DNA of 64,000 nucleotides, taken from assembly GCA_003971905.1 (NCBI GenBank), contig RSEE01000029.1, forward strand, positions 62,001 through 126,000, given 5' to 3'. Both the position numbers and the translations under genes were made by a program. This DNA is from Moniliella sp. 'wahieum'. Its lineage: Eukaryota. This document shows, in pieces, positions 24,339 through 37,503 of the stretch; positions within the stretch are counted from its first letter, which is position 1; every line of letters starts with the position of its first letter. The notes under the pieces were generated by a model. The model saw only the letters and a program-made list of their open reading frames with translations, was not told where the DNA came from and ran no database searches.

Positions 24339-26101
24339 CTAGTTTCCGTCCAAGAAGTTCTTGATCCGAGTCCCGATCGAGATTTTCTCCCCCTTGAGAA
24401 GCATGTCCTCGGCATCCCACCGTGCCGTATCCTCCTCGATCGCAGCCAGGCATGAGTGTAGATCCATCTCCGACGCTTTCACCATCTTGGTACGCCACAG
24501 CAGTTTGAATCCCACGTAGCCCACAGCGCAATACGCAATGGGTAGGTAGTTGCACACGAACGTCCCTGAGTCCCAATGGCCCGGACGGAAAACAGTCCAG
24601 CCACTGAACAAAGCTACGCAGAATACCACGCCCAAGGTCCAGTACGCCATTGGTTTGATCAACCGTGGTGGTAGGGTAACGCAGAGGTGGGAATGTTTTG
24701 GGCGGCCATACCAGCGCGGAAGCGTAAGTAGGTGATGGTGATAAAGAACCAGGTCATAAGACCGCCAAGGGAGGACAGACTGGTGAGGTACCCAAACACC
24801 TTGGCTGAACCTTTGCTAACGGACAAGTAAGAGATGCTGCTAAAGAGCCAGACGGCAACAACGGCCACAATGGGAATCCCGTTGGACCACGTGTAGAGGA
24901 ACACGCGAGGTGCGTGACCTCGCTGCGCCAAGGCAATCAGCGACCGAGATCCCGAATAGACGCAGGTAAACCCAGCGCTGCATGCACTGGTGATCACACC
25001 GGCATTGACGATGCTGGGGAGAACTTTGATCCCTGCCGCTTTGATGGCGATCACGTAGGGGCTGGACGCTGCCGTGCCGTCCTGGCCCAGGGCAGGGTTG
25101 TTGGGACTGACAATGATCCCGATCGCAATGACGCCGAGAATGTAGAGCAAGACAATCCGGATCCACACCGTTTTGAGGCAAACGATCAAAACGCGACGTG
25201 GGTTGCGACACTCGGTGCAGGCCAAGCACAGTTGCTCCACACCGATCATACTGAATGTGGCTTGGATCGTGCAGGCAAAGAAACCCAAGAACCGGCCGGT
25301 CGTTCCAGGGATCCCAAGGTACTGTTGGAACGGACCATAGTCGCTGTGGCGCCACCAGTGGAAACCGATCGAGTGACCCGTAGGCCCGCCGCCAGCTGAA
25401 ATGACGATACTGCAAATGATCAAACCGGTCATGAGGATCACCTTGAGCGAGGTGAAGTACATCTCGCCATAGCCATAGAAGCTAGCCGAGATGACATTGA
25501 GAAGCAAGGAAACCACTTGCCCGACCGCAATCCATACCGCCGGGTTGATCTTGTCCGGACCCCACCAATAGCTCCACAGTGTAGCTTGCGCTGAAAGTTC
25601 CGACGCAGCTATAAGGATGGTGGAGATAATGTAGTTCCACCCATGGTTGCGCTCAGAGCCGGGTCGACGAAGCGGCCGGCAAGACGGATATGGCCGCCGT
25701 TTACGGGCAGGTAGGCGCACATGGACGATACCATAAACACGATCGAAACCACCACCGAGGCCATCAAGCAGTAGGCCATGAGCAGACCCAGCGGACCCCG
25801 TTCTGGTACGAAGATGCAATGCCAATAAAGATGCCCGTTCCTGTTGCAAGTCCAGTCCCAGGCCTTGTCAGCACCACGCGTCACGTCACGAAGCACCGCA
25901 TTCTCCATCACCTCTCCCTTGGCCTCGGCCTGGTCACATACCAATGACACCCCCAATACTAACGGCGATCAGACCGCCTGGCTTGATCCCACGCTTCAAG
26001 CCCAGTCCATCATAGTCGTGCGCCCAAGGAGAGTCGGAATCGGTAACAGAGTGCGCGTAGTCGGTGTCTTCTACGATCACCTTTTTCTCCAGGTCCGACA
26101 T
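24339..26101 (-). CDS. Amino-acid permease (APC/YAT family)
   Basis: LKRGIKPGGLIAVSIGGVIG, GTGTGIFIG, GPLGLLMAY, AGRFVDPAL, GWNY, GRFLGF, ECRNPRR, SPYVIAIK, LPSIVNA, SRSLIALA; frameshifts. Confidence 0.93.
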
Positions 26102-26573
26102 GTGGTTGTGGAGAGCGACTGAGGGTGCGAGAACGAAAACCGTGGCGAGTGGCGGGGAATGCTGGGTATACGGAATACCCAAAGAGCAGGGCAGTGGCAC
26201 TTAAAGCTAAAGTATTCATCTCAACTCACCGAAATGATTGATGATGGACGAGGTCTCGAGACTCCACACACTGTGGGTCTCCCAGGCGATAAGGGCGCTT
26301 TTCTCGCCCCACACCCCTGAGATAAAGTCGGAGTATAATCTGCTCTGACAGACCTGGTGCTGCTGACCTGCACCCTTCAAGCTTCAGGCCTCACAATCTC
26401 CTCAAGCTTCAAGCTTCACATACTACCCCGGGGCTTGTAGCGCTTATCGATTATCGACATTGCACGCAAAAGACCCGTGTTCAGGGCCGACGGGCTAACC
26501 TTGAAGCGATTGAAGCTCCGTCTCAAAACGTGAGATTGGAGCTGATGGCGCTGATGGAGCTCTTGAAACGCTT

Positions 26574-28367
26574 GATATAACGTACGTTGCCCGCGGGCAA
26601 CTTAGGACGACCATGCCCCCAGAGTGGCGTAGTGCCTACTATCTAGGAACGGAACAGGCGGCGGAGCCTTTTTGCACATTTTCTGGGCGCAGCATCACGC
26701 ATAAGCGCTAAGCTCAGTGCTCACACCTGCTACGTGTCCATTCAACATTCAGCCATTCAGGTCGAACGTGCGTGCGCAAGCTTGTTAGCCTTCGCACGAA
26801 CTGATTAATTGATCGGCCTTGGACCTTGGCCTTACCAGATCTTACCGGTTAATCGTGCTAGACGTTAACTACCGTTAAACGTTAAACGTTAACCCCTGTT
26901 AGTAGGCACTAGATATTGATGATCGATGACCCGATGACCGGTTCCCCATTCCCGGTAACCGGTAACCCTTCACTAGCTTCACGCTCAGGTGAGCGCCAGC
27001 CCTGACCTTAGGCCTTAGGCCTCATTAATGAGATACTAAAACATGGGCTTGGCAGGGACCTATCCTTGTCGTTGAACGTTGAACACCGGTGACCACTCGA
27101 TCATGATCAAGATTATCGCAGGAGGCAGAGACTGGTGCTGTGGGGTTCCCCAGGGTTTTACCCGCGCCCCGCCCATATTGCGCAAAGATTAATGATTGCC
27201 CGCGGTCTGCTCTCTGTGACATGTTATGAGAGACTCAGCGCTCAGCCCCTCAGCCCCTCAGCGCTCACTGCGCTCACTACTAGTCACTTCGTTTGCAAGT
27301 GGCACGTGGCGCTCGTCTGGGCAGCTGTGTGCCCTGTTGTGCCCCCCTCCCCCGCGCTGCTCATTCCATCTCCGCCCTCTCTGTATACCCGAACGTCACG
27401 CATCACGCTCTCCGTGTGCAGGCCGAAGGAGCCTTGCACCGTTGTTCAGCTGTGAGTACTGTGAGTGCTCAGACTGAGCACTGGTACTAAGCCAACTTGT
27501 TAAATCCCTGAGGAATATGCCATCAGGTGCATCAGGGAATACCAGGGAATACCTAAGCCTGAGGCCTGTGCCTGAGGCCATGATGGATGTCGATGCACGA
27601 TGACGCGTGACGATGAGGTACCTGTGTACCGTGCACGCCCTGCGTGGGACAGCTGCACTAGGCACTGCTGTTGGGCTGCTGTGGCAAGTGGAGCAGATAT
27701 CGTTCACGGAGGGTTTTGTGGCTTAGTCCCGGCCAATCAGGCGTAGATTGTCCCTGGATTCCATAAGAGATGTGTCAGACATGTCAGATCCACAGGTCCC
27801 AGATCTCAGATCTCCGATTTCGCATCTTATCTTATCGATTAAGTATTACGTATTGATCCCCTGGAAAGTCGCGCTCACGCTTGAATCTTGAACACAGCCT
27901 CATTCTGGCAGCACCCGACCGTGCCGCGGACGGTCGAGGGTTGCGCGTCCTGCCGTCGCGCATCGCATTATATACCCACTCCTCCTGCCCTACTGAGGCC
28001 TTGGCGTGAAGGGTTACCTGTTCCCGGGAAGCGGTAATCAGTATCTAGCAGCGAGTAGCTAACCGGTAGCTTGCAATGGATCTAGTAAGGCCAAGGCTCA
28101 AGCTTCAAGCTTCAAGCTTCAAGACCGATCAATTAAACAGTCTGTGCTAAGGCTATAATCATTGGGCACGTACGTGCAGCCTGAATGTTAGATGGGCAAG
28201 TAGCAGATGTGGCATGCATAATGTGACATGTGATCCCTGCGCTTATGCGTGATGCTGCGCCCAGAAAAGGTGCAAGGTTCCAGCGCCTGTTTCCCTACAT
28301 AGTAGCCACTACGCCCCTCTGGGGGCATCGTCGTCCCAAGTTGCCCGCGGCGTACGTACGTTTTATC
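26574..28367. repeat. Diverged long inverted repeat: arms about 26574-27024 and 27991-28367, spacer about 1 kb
   Basis: For example ccgcgggcaacttaggacgaccatgcccccagagtggcgtagtg and ttttctgggcgcagcatcacgcataagcgc match the reverse complement of 28239-28350. Confidence 0.9.
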
Positions 28368-28743
28368 GTTTTAATCGTTAACCGTGCTGTGAACGTATTG
28401 AATGTCATTTGGGTTACGATGTAAGACCGCGAGTCTACTTCTAAAAAGGACGTGCGGGGGCCATGTCAAAATCTCACCGCCAAGCGCCACCAACATATCG
28501 TTCCTAATTGTCGGCTCATTACGCGTTACGCTCATTTCTCTTGCCCTGTTGGTGGCAGTTCGCGTTGATTGGCATCTTGGCCTGGACGCCATCTGCATAC
28601 TATAGCGCCGTGCGAAACACCAAACATAGCGCTGCCAACAGAGAGCCTATTGCAAAAGATGGATCCGCTTCTCATCTCTCGAGCTGTATGGCCTCTTGAC
28701 TCCTTCTCCCAACACACCCAAGCCCTCTTTGAGCGGAGCAACA

Positions 28744-30983
28744 ATGACTACGACCGCCCCTGCACTGACAATTGCAACGGGCGATGAAGAGGAGAAGTTG
28801 GCCCATCTGCATAACGCCTGTGCCGATTGGAACCGGACTTCTCGCTCTGGTTCCGTGAAGAAAGTACTGCCGTTGCACACCACTGCACATGTCGGAACCC
28901 CATTTTGTCTCCCGCTCAGCACAGCAGTGCAGCTCGTTACGGGCGCAACGGTCGCCCGTCAAATTGAGTGGGATGACGGCGCAGAACATACTCTGACCGA
29001 GGTGGGTGAACACGTGTACAGGGGCCACTTGTTACCGGTAGCGGATGTCAAGGACGATCCAACTTCAGAAGAAGCTTCGTCCAATAACGCAAAGGAGGCG
29101 CCGGTGCCAGTGGAAGTTACGGTATCCGCTACAACCAAGAGCGAGCCGGAAGGTGTGACGCCCAAGGCACGCTGCAAGTCGTTAGGTATCAAGGCCGTCC
29201 GACTGACCGGCACCGGCCTTCTCGCTACGGCGCAGCGCAAACGTACTGCATACCTTCTGAGCGTGGACGACGACCAGCTATTGTACGCCTTTCGCCTAAC
29301 CTGCGGGCTGGACACGTGCGGTGCTCCGTCTATGGAGGGATGGGACGCAATGGAGTGCCTCCTACGTGGCCACAGCACGGGACATTACTTGTCCGCGTAC
29401 GCTTTGGCGTACGCAGCTACAGGCACCGATGCGTTGAAGCGCAAGGTACTGTACCTTGTACATGGCCTAGATGAGTGCCAAACCGCTTCCGCGGGGCAAG
29501 AAGGATATGTCGGCGCATTCCCTGAGGCTCAATTTGATGCGCTACAAGACCTAACGCCCTTTCCGGCGGTTTGGGCTCCATGGTACACCCTGCACAAGGT
29601 CCTAGCTGGCCTGCTGGACGCGTACCAGCACACGCACCTCCCTTTGGCATTGAGCGTTGCACGGCGCTTAGGCAAGTGGGCTGTGCATCGGCTGGAGAAA
29701 ACGTCGGTCGAGCAGCGCCAACGAATGTGGTCGCTGTATGCTTCGGGCGAGACGGGCGGGATGAACGAGTCTCTCGCCATATTGTACCGGTACACCCAGG
29801 CACCCGAGTTCCTACGCGCCGCACAGTGGTTCGATACCGACTTGTTCTTGGTCCCATTGCAACAAGGTGTAGATGCACTGATGGGGCTGCACGCAAACAC
29901 GCACATCCCTCAGGTCGTTGGTGTCTTGGCCGTGTACAGGCAAGCAGGGATCGCTACCTACTTGGAAAGTGCGCGTCGGTTCTGGGATATCGCCACCAAG
30001 CATCATTCGTACTCCATTGGGGGGTGGGGCAGTGGGAGATGTTTTATCCGCCGGACGTGATCGCGTCGCGTCGGTGGGTCTGCAGACAGCCGAGACGTGT
30101 GCGACGTACAACTTGCTCAAGCTGGCTGCGCAGCTGTCCGAACTAGACCCAGACCCACAGTTTGGCCATTATTACGAGAAGGCGACGATCAACCATGCCC
30201 TCGCAACAATGGACGTCGGTCCTGGCAGCGGCTGCGACGCGGACTGTGGGAAGGAAGTGGTACCGGGGGGGGATGGAGGTGCAGGGCAGCGATAAGAGTA
30301 CGTATTTCTTCCCTACGGCAGCAGGGTCGACCAAGACGTTCGAAACGAGCAAGGATAATACCTGTTGCCATGGAACAGGGTTGGAGGTACACTTCCGTTG
30401 GGCCGAGGGTGCATTCTACCAAGACACGACGTCACTGTATATTATGCAGTACGCTGCCTGTAATGTCCGAACGAGTGAGATGGAGTTGAATGTGGCTACG
30501 AACGACTTTGCGCCTGACAAAGTCACCATCCAGATTGCTCAACTGCTGGACAAGGTACAGGTCCGACTGCGCATTCCGGAATGGGCACAGTCGGTCCGTG
30601 TGCGAGTCAATGGTCAAATCTGCTCCGTCAACCAAGCGGTGCAAGAGGTGGTGGTGTGTCGTGGCGAGAATGGCATCAAAGAGAACTGGGAGGGGACAAT
30701 GATTGAGCTAGAATGGGGGATTGGCATGGACCTCCTTCGTGCCCCGGATGACCCATCTGTTGCTTCGATTACGTGGGGACCATATGTGCTCGCAGCCTTG
30801 ACATCGTCCAAGGTGATCCCCAATGTTGTTTGCCCGGAGCCCGTGGAGGACCAGTTTGAACGCGTGGCCCGGACAGAATCCTATCCGTTGGCCTGGTCGC
30901 ATCCTGAAACGGGGCTGGTGTTTGTCCCCGTTGCTTGGATTACCGCGGAACCGTACAGCGTCTACGTAAAGGTGGGTATCTGA
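28744..30983 (+). CDS. GH127/GH146-like beta-L-arabinofuranosidase with N-terminal Ig-like segment; no evident introns; two assembly frameshifts
   Basis: LRGHSTGHYLSA, WAPWYTLHKVLAGLLDAY, GETGGMNE, HANTHIPQVVG, YSIGG, AETCATYNLLKL, YYEKATINH, TCCHGTGLE. Confidence 0.92.
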
Positions 30984-31994
30984 GCGTTCGCTTGAACAGC
31001 AGAGGTTCCTACCCTACCTTCTCTCGTATTCCACAATCCCCTTCTCCTCTCTAGAGAACTTTTCCCTTTCCTATATACTCACGGAGGCACATGCCGAGAG
31101 CCCGAATGGCACTAGACCACTGCGAGAGGGGCACCTGTTACTATCCAAGAAAGGAACTATAGGAGAGCGGCAGAGGACGCTAACTCTAGACGCGTTTCGA
31201 AATAGTTGTCGTAACCAGCTGAGACGCGGGGGATCCCCTCTCCCAGCCTTTTGGACAAGACCCTACGCTTCCGCTGCCCAAAATCCGTCCGGAAGGGTAT
31301 GACTACTATGAAAATGGGCGCCGATAGAAGGGGGTCTCAAATTCTTGAAGCATTTCGACATGTAGTTGTTAGGAGGTCGCCTCTCCTTTTGTCTTCAGGA
31401 AGCGAGCGTTCGTCCAGCCTTGGTCCAGCGTTCGAGGGAGTTGCTGAAGTTTTCAGGCCTAGGCGGTCACTCCGAGAGGTCGACTGCACCCAATGCGAAG
31501 AAAACTGATATTTGGCGTTTTCCTATGAAACCACTTGCTCCGCGTCATGTTTTTGGGGCAATCTACGGTATTCTCGCTCGAATCACTGCCACAGACCGCT
31601 CCCCTCCCGGCGTCGCCGTGATCTTGGCGTTCCCTTTCAGTGATATCGCCCCAAGTTCCTGATGTTTTCCGTATATATTTCCATCGCTGGCGTTTTTTCT
31701 CATTTCGTTCTTTTGAAAGAAGAGCACAACTGATACATGTTCTGCGTGACCGGTAACCTGAGCCTCTTGGCTTATATATTGTACAGCGTGGAGACATGGG
31801 GGCTATGGTAGCAACCATAGCCATCGAGTTGAAGTGCGTCAGCTGAGCCCTCTGCTAGAGTAAGGATACTGGCTACGCTTGGTGGAACATCAGGATGACA
31901 GGGCATCGTACGTCACAAGGGATCGTCAAAGAAGAGCGAGTGGATGCAGGGGGCTGGTAGAAAAAGAAAAAAATGGGGGGGGAGGCACTACTCT

Positions 31995-32706
31995 TCACAC
32001 ATGCACCTGACCCGGGTTCTTATTGGCCGCCGAACCAACATGGACGCTCGTTGTTGTCTCCCCCGTAGTGGCAGATTGTTCAACATCAATGTGTCCGGCC
32101 GTAGTAGCGGTACCGCCCAAAGCGTCGCGTTTGGCCTTGTAGTTGCGGATGGCCGACTTGATCGCGTCTTCAGCCAACATGGAGCAGTGCAACTTGACCG
32201 GCGGCAAGCACAGTTCCTTTGCGATTTCGGTATTCTGGATCGCGCCAGCCTGCTCGAGCGTCATGCCCTTGACCCGCTCCGTCATATAGGACGAAGAAGC
32301 AATCGCACTCCCACATCCAAACGTCTTGAACCGTACATCCGAAATAACCCCCTGCTCATTCACCCGGATCGAAAGCTTCATCACGTCCCCACACGCCGGC
32401 GCTCCAACCAACCCAATGCCCACATCGGCATCCTTCTTGTTGAACGAACCTACGTTGCGTGGGTTCTCATACTGCGCCCTGGTCACCACTCTTGCTCGAA
32501 ACACGGTGCGGAGACGAGAGACGTACATGGTCAATGACCTTTTCGTGGTACCCGCGCACAAGCGAGGGCAGGCGCACTGGCCCCATGCTGAGGGCGAGGG
32601 CGCGGGCGGGACGCTGCGCGGTGGCGACGACGCGCACGCTGAGGCCAGCCCATACAGCTCCTCGAGTGGTGAGCAGGGCAAACGGGGCAAAGCGCGTGGG
32701 AAGCAT
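31995..32706 (-). CDS. ISU1: Mitochondrial Fe-S scaffold Isu1 (intron 32472-32526)
   Basis: RGYHEKVIDH|YENPRNVGS, GLVGAPACGDVMKL, FKTFGCGSAIASSS, LCLPPVKLHCSMLAEDAI. Confidence 0.97.
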
Positions 32707-33730
32707 CGGAACAGGGGATGCTGGTGGTGGTGGTGTGGTGGTGGGGCACCTGCGTTTGTGTACCTGAAGGAAGCAGCAGCTACCAGCGATTCGTACATGA
32801 GAGGGGTGCTGTTGGTTCGGTAATTAAAAGTTAAACGAGCAGCCAAGTCAGACTGCGCCCCCGCCGCTGATCCTTTCCACACTGGCCCTGCGCCGCTGCG
32901 CAACCCCTGCCCCCCCGGGGAACAGACCTCCGCCACGACTGCCTCCGCGCCAACGCCGGCGACCTCTCTCCGACCTTGCTCTCTCATCCGTGCGGCCGCC
33001 GTAGACCATGCTCTCTCGCCCGGTGGGCCGAGGAGGCCTTAGGCCGTACGTCTCCAAAGCCTTAGGTAGGCCCTCGGTCTTAGGCCCTAAGCCTAACAGC
33101 TCTATCTCGGACATGGCTCGGACATTAATTGACATCACCACCCCCCCATCGCATACGATGTCCCCACACCCGCGCATCTCGACTGAGCCTGAGTCCCTCT
33201 TCCACCATGCCGAGAGCACCTTCCGGCGGCCTAGCTAGCCCCGCGGAAATAAGAGGAGTGTGGGTCGACGGCGGGCAAACTATAGTTCCCATATATACTG
33301 CCTGTCCAACAGGCCGCTCTCTTGTTCCACAGAGCTCCGCGGCTGATCACAACCAGCGAGCTAATATACCTGTCATCGGTGTCATCTCGGCAGATGTTCG
33401 CGGGGCCAACAGCCCCATTTCGTCTACGGACCATGGTTCTTCCCTCTTTCGGACGTTTGCTGAGCCGCCGGGTGGCTCGTGTGTTTTGTGACTAACGTCG
33501 ATTCAGTTCCTCATCATGCATCACAGGCCTAATAGGTGTTACGTTGTTTTCTCCTTCCTGTTTTCCTTGTTCCACAGCGTAGCCTCTGGTGGCGAGTGAC
33601 TGTTTGATGTTCCTCTGTAATAGGCGTCGCGGGTTGGCTTAGACCGTCGCCGCCACTAGTGTTTGAACTGGATCATGTGGAAAGCAGGCAAGAGTCTATT
33701 ATCGGAGACAGGGATGGGGGTGGATGGCAG

Positions 33731-34497
33731 CTATGATGTTGGATCGGGTTTATCCCGTGTCCCCGCCGCATCGGGCCCCTCCGGCGCAGTGGGATAGGCC
33801 TTCTGCGCAACATCGTCGACGACGGATTGGATCGTCATCACAGCTGGTGCAGTAGGGGTAGGTTGGTCCTCACCCGGGGCGGTAGAATTAGCCGTCTGTG
33901 GTGGATCCTGCGTGCCGGCAGTACCCTGAGGCAGGCGGAGCAAGCGGTGCGGCCATTCCAGGAGGGAAGAGGGCATTGATGTGGCCTGCCATGAGCTGAC
34001 CCATAGGCGTAGAGAGGAACTGGTTGGGCAATTCGAGAATGTCTTTGGGCACTCGCTCTTCTCCCGTCAACAGCTGCACCACCTCGTTCGAAAAGTGGTT
34101 GCAGTTGTTTTGGAGAAGATGGTACGACTGGGCCGTGTACCGCTCCCGCAAGTCCTCCAACAATTCCCCAAACGTTTCTTCGTCAATCTCCGTGTGGCCC
34201 ATATCGAGCCGCTCCAACGGCGCCCCGTGCTGTATAAGCACCACATGCGTCAGCACATACACAGATAGAGATGCACAAAGGGACAGGGGAGAGAGATGTA
34301 CGCACATGGCTCATGCCTGGCGTGGTGATGCTGATGCCCTGGCCAAAAAAGTGTTCTTTGCCGTAGACGACGACCGAGGTGTGGTAGATGGCATCGAGTT
34401 GGGTGCCCAAGAAGGACGCGCTGAGCTGCCGCGCCATGCCGCCGCTCAGATCGTACACCCACAGCTCCACGGGCGAGGGGCTTTCAGAGTCGGACAT
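33731..34497 (-). CDS. PPPDE-domain desumoylating isopeptidase (DeSI-1-like), one intron at about 34234-34304
   Basis: [48 protein letters not shown]. Confidence 0.93.
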
Positions 34498-37394
34498 GGG
34501 GGTGGGCAGGGGTGGAGGTGTTGACGGTGGGAGGAAAGGCGGACCCGAGAATGGAGACTTGAGATGTGGACAAGTCGTCCATCTGGTCGGGTGCCGAGCT
34601 GACGCGGCCCCACATCGATGACGTCGGCCATCCATCGATATTCAACGTTGCGACCAGCCTCCTGAACATTTCAGTGGGTGGTGCTCCCACTTTCAATGTT
34701 CAGCTACATCACACATCACGTGTCGCATGTCACATGTCACGCCCAAGGGACTCGCTCTGACCGATGACACGCGGCCGCTTACGCGATGTGCAATTTGAAA
34801 CGCAAGTGGGCGGCGAAACTGAGACAGAGTGTGGCAGGCGGGGGGGCGGCATAACCCACAGCACAGGCAGTGGTGTGATCACGAGAGGACGATTGCCTGG
34901 CGCGCCCTCGAGGATCCAGTCGCCGCACGGACCAGCCCAGAATGCACCGCCACCCTCTTCCCAGATCCTCGTAGAGTAGCCATGGCCATCTAGACACGCA
35001 GCCAACTCTATTACATGGACCCACCCTCCCACCCCGCGATATAGATGTGGGGCCACGATCATTGCAACCAAACCCACACAAGTTATATAGTCGCGCCTGT
35101 GTCGGATTGTCCTGCGCGATGGTTCATCTCAGCCACAACGCATGCTTCCAGCCCCGAGCCCCTGTCTGTCCCTCCTCCCCCCGCCACCGCACCATGCACT
35201 GCGGGAGATAGGCCCGTTTGGGCGAGGAAAGATAGCAGGATACGCGGTTAGAGGAGAAACCACACCCAAGCCTCTCTCTCCAAAGACACTTTTGAAAAGA
35301 CTCACATGCGAACTTTTTAACGCCTCCAACAGCACAAGCTTCAAGCTTCAACCTTCAAGACAGATGGAAGAGATGAAGGTGCATGAGAGGGGGGCGGCAT
35401 CTTCGTCTTCATCCGCCTCTTCGATCATCGACATCGATCCCCCGACTGCATAAGAGGAAACAGGGACGATATATAAAAGCTATACCTATACTGTGTACAC
35501 ACGCAACACAGGGTGCACACACCTTTCGAACCCCGCGCTTCCCCACACACTCCGATTTTCTTATCTCGACTTTCAAAATGGGGCATTCTCGCATCTCAGA
35601 CTGAGATCCCAGATCTCATACTCACCCACTGGCCACCGGCCACGTCCATAGTAATAGTAGACACGCACACAAAATGTAATGCGACGGATCATCTTGATGC
35701 ACTTGATGAGCGCAGCATCCCTCCCCGATCATGCCATCTTCCTAAGGATGAGTAGGTCCGAATGTACCCCGCGAATCGAGAATCATCGATATCCATGGAT
35801 CACATGCACACCCACAATATCCATTCTTACTCTGCAAACTGCAACAGGAACCAATCCGTCCATTCTGATGATTCACATGTTCACAATGATCGATGATGTC
35901 GATGATGGATGATTCGTTGCATGTCACATGTCACGCCTGACTTATCCCCGTCCTGTCGCCTGGGCGCTCAGCTCAGCGCGCTCAGCTGAGCCGGACCGAG
36001 GTCAGAGATGCGGAATGGTGCGTAACCTACCCCATGTATGGGGGTGATTAATGATTGCAGGCGCTGCCTACTGGTACCCAGGAAGCGTATGCTTCGCGTC
36101 GGCCGAAGAGACGGAGCGATTCGCCGGATCGCGGAGCTAGCGAAGAACTACACACCTACATTTTGCTTTTCAAGACCATTCAAGACCATCTCGTATACGC
36201 TTCTCGTGGAATGGACAGAGGCCGACGATGAATCGATGAGGATCGATGAGACAGCTAGTGCCCCTCGCAGGAGCAATCCATTAAGAGGATGAGATGAGAG
36301 ACCTCAGTTGAAAAGCCTATGAGGCAGAGGAGACAGGGCGGGACTCCCGATGTTACTTGGAGTGAGAATGACGAGGATCATGCTGGCTGGTTAATGGGGA
36401 CTCAGAAACGAAGGCATACAGAGTTGGCGTATCCCCGGTCTTGCTTGTTCCGTACGAACTACTAGATTAGTATACTGTGTTGTTCCTTGTTACGTTAAGC
36501 TTTAAGCGTTACTCGTCTTTACGTTTCCTTCTGGCAGCGTGGGAATACAGAAGGAGATAACTAGGTATCGGTTACATGGTTACAGGCGAACATGGTATGG
36601 CCCAGGTTGGCTCGGTCGAGTATACTTAGTACTAGCCACGCCGCGCCCGCGCCCACACCCCGCGACCCACACGGCACACATCAGATCCAGAGTCGGAGAC
36701 GAAAACACGTGAGGAACGAAAAAGTGGGGCCGTGCCTGCACAGTGTGGATTGGGTCATCGATAATCGACTGGAACGCCTGAGGGCCGAGGCTCAGGGGCT
36801 CAGGCCTGTGAGGGTCTCATCGATCATCGATCACCGATCATCCCCGCGCCACTGGCACACGCAGGCACTTGGCTGGCGCGGGGGCCCGCTTTCTCCCCCA
36901 CGGGCATTTTCGGTGGCAGTGTGGGATACTCAAGTAGTCAAGTACTCGGTACTCAATACCACCCGAGTAGGTCGACGGTACCTTACAGTGCCCTCCAGTG
37001 CCCTACCCGAGTAATGCTATGCATACGTGGCAACGGACCGACTTTGGACCACGTACTTCGTCTTGTGTGGCGTACTTGACTTAGGTACTTAGACACAGTG
37101 CTTAGACAGGCGTAGACGTGCATACAAAACAAGAGGCTGGCCGCAGGGTGGACGCGCTGAGGCTCAGTACTCAGTCCTCTCGGGAGAGACATTTTTGGGG
37201 CATGTGGAACGTGCGACATATAGGCGCGGCATGCACATATGTGAGCGCACCCGGTGAGCGTGTAACAGGTGACATGCTTATTGTGTGCGGCCTGAGGCCA
37301 AGGGCTAAGTAGGCCCCGTACGCGTCTAGGCTGTGTTGAGTGGGCAGGATATGCATCGCAGGAACCGATTCTTGGCTGGATGGTGGGACGATGG

Positions 37395-37503
37395 TGGTTG
37401 AACGTGTTGAACATTTAGTACTTAGTAGTGTGGCACTGAGTACTGATTACCAGTTACCGGTTACCAGTTACTAGTTACTAGTTACTGTGTATGCACTAGT
37501 TAT
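37395..37503. repeat. Mixed heptamer arrays (TTA-GTAC-TTA, TGA-GTAC-TGA, TTA-CCGG-TTA, TTA-CTAG-TTA)
   Basis: ttagtacttag...ctgagtactgattaccagttaccggttaccagttactagttactagttac. Confidence 0.9.
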
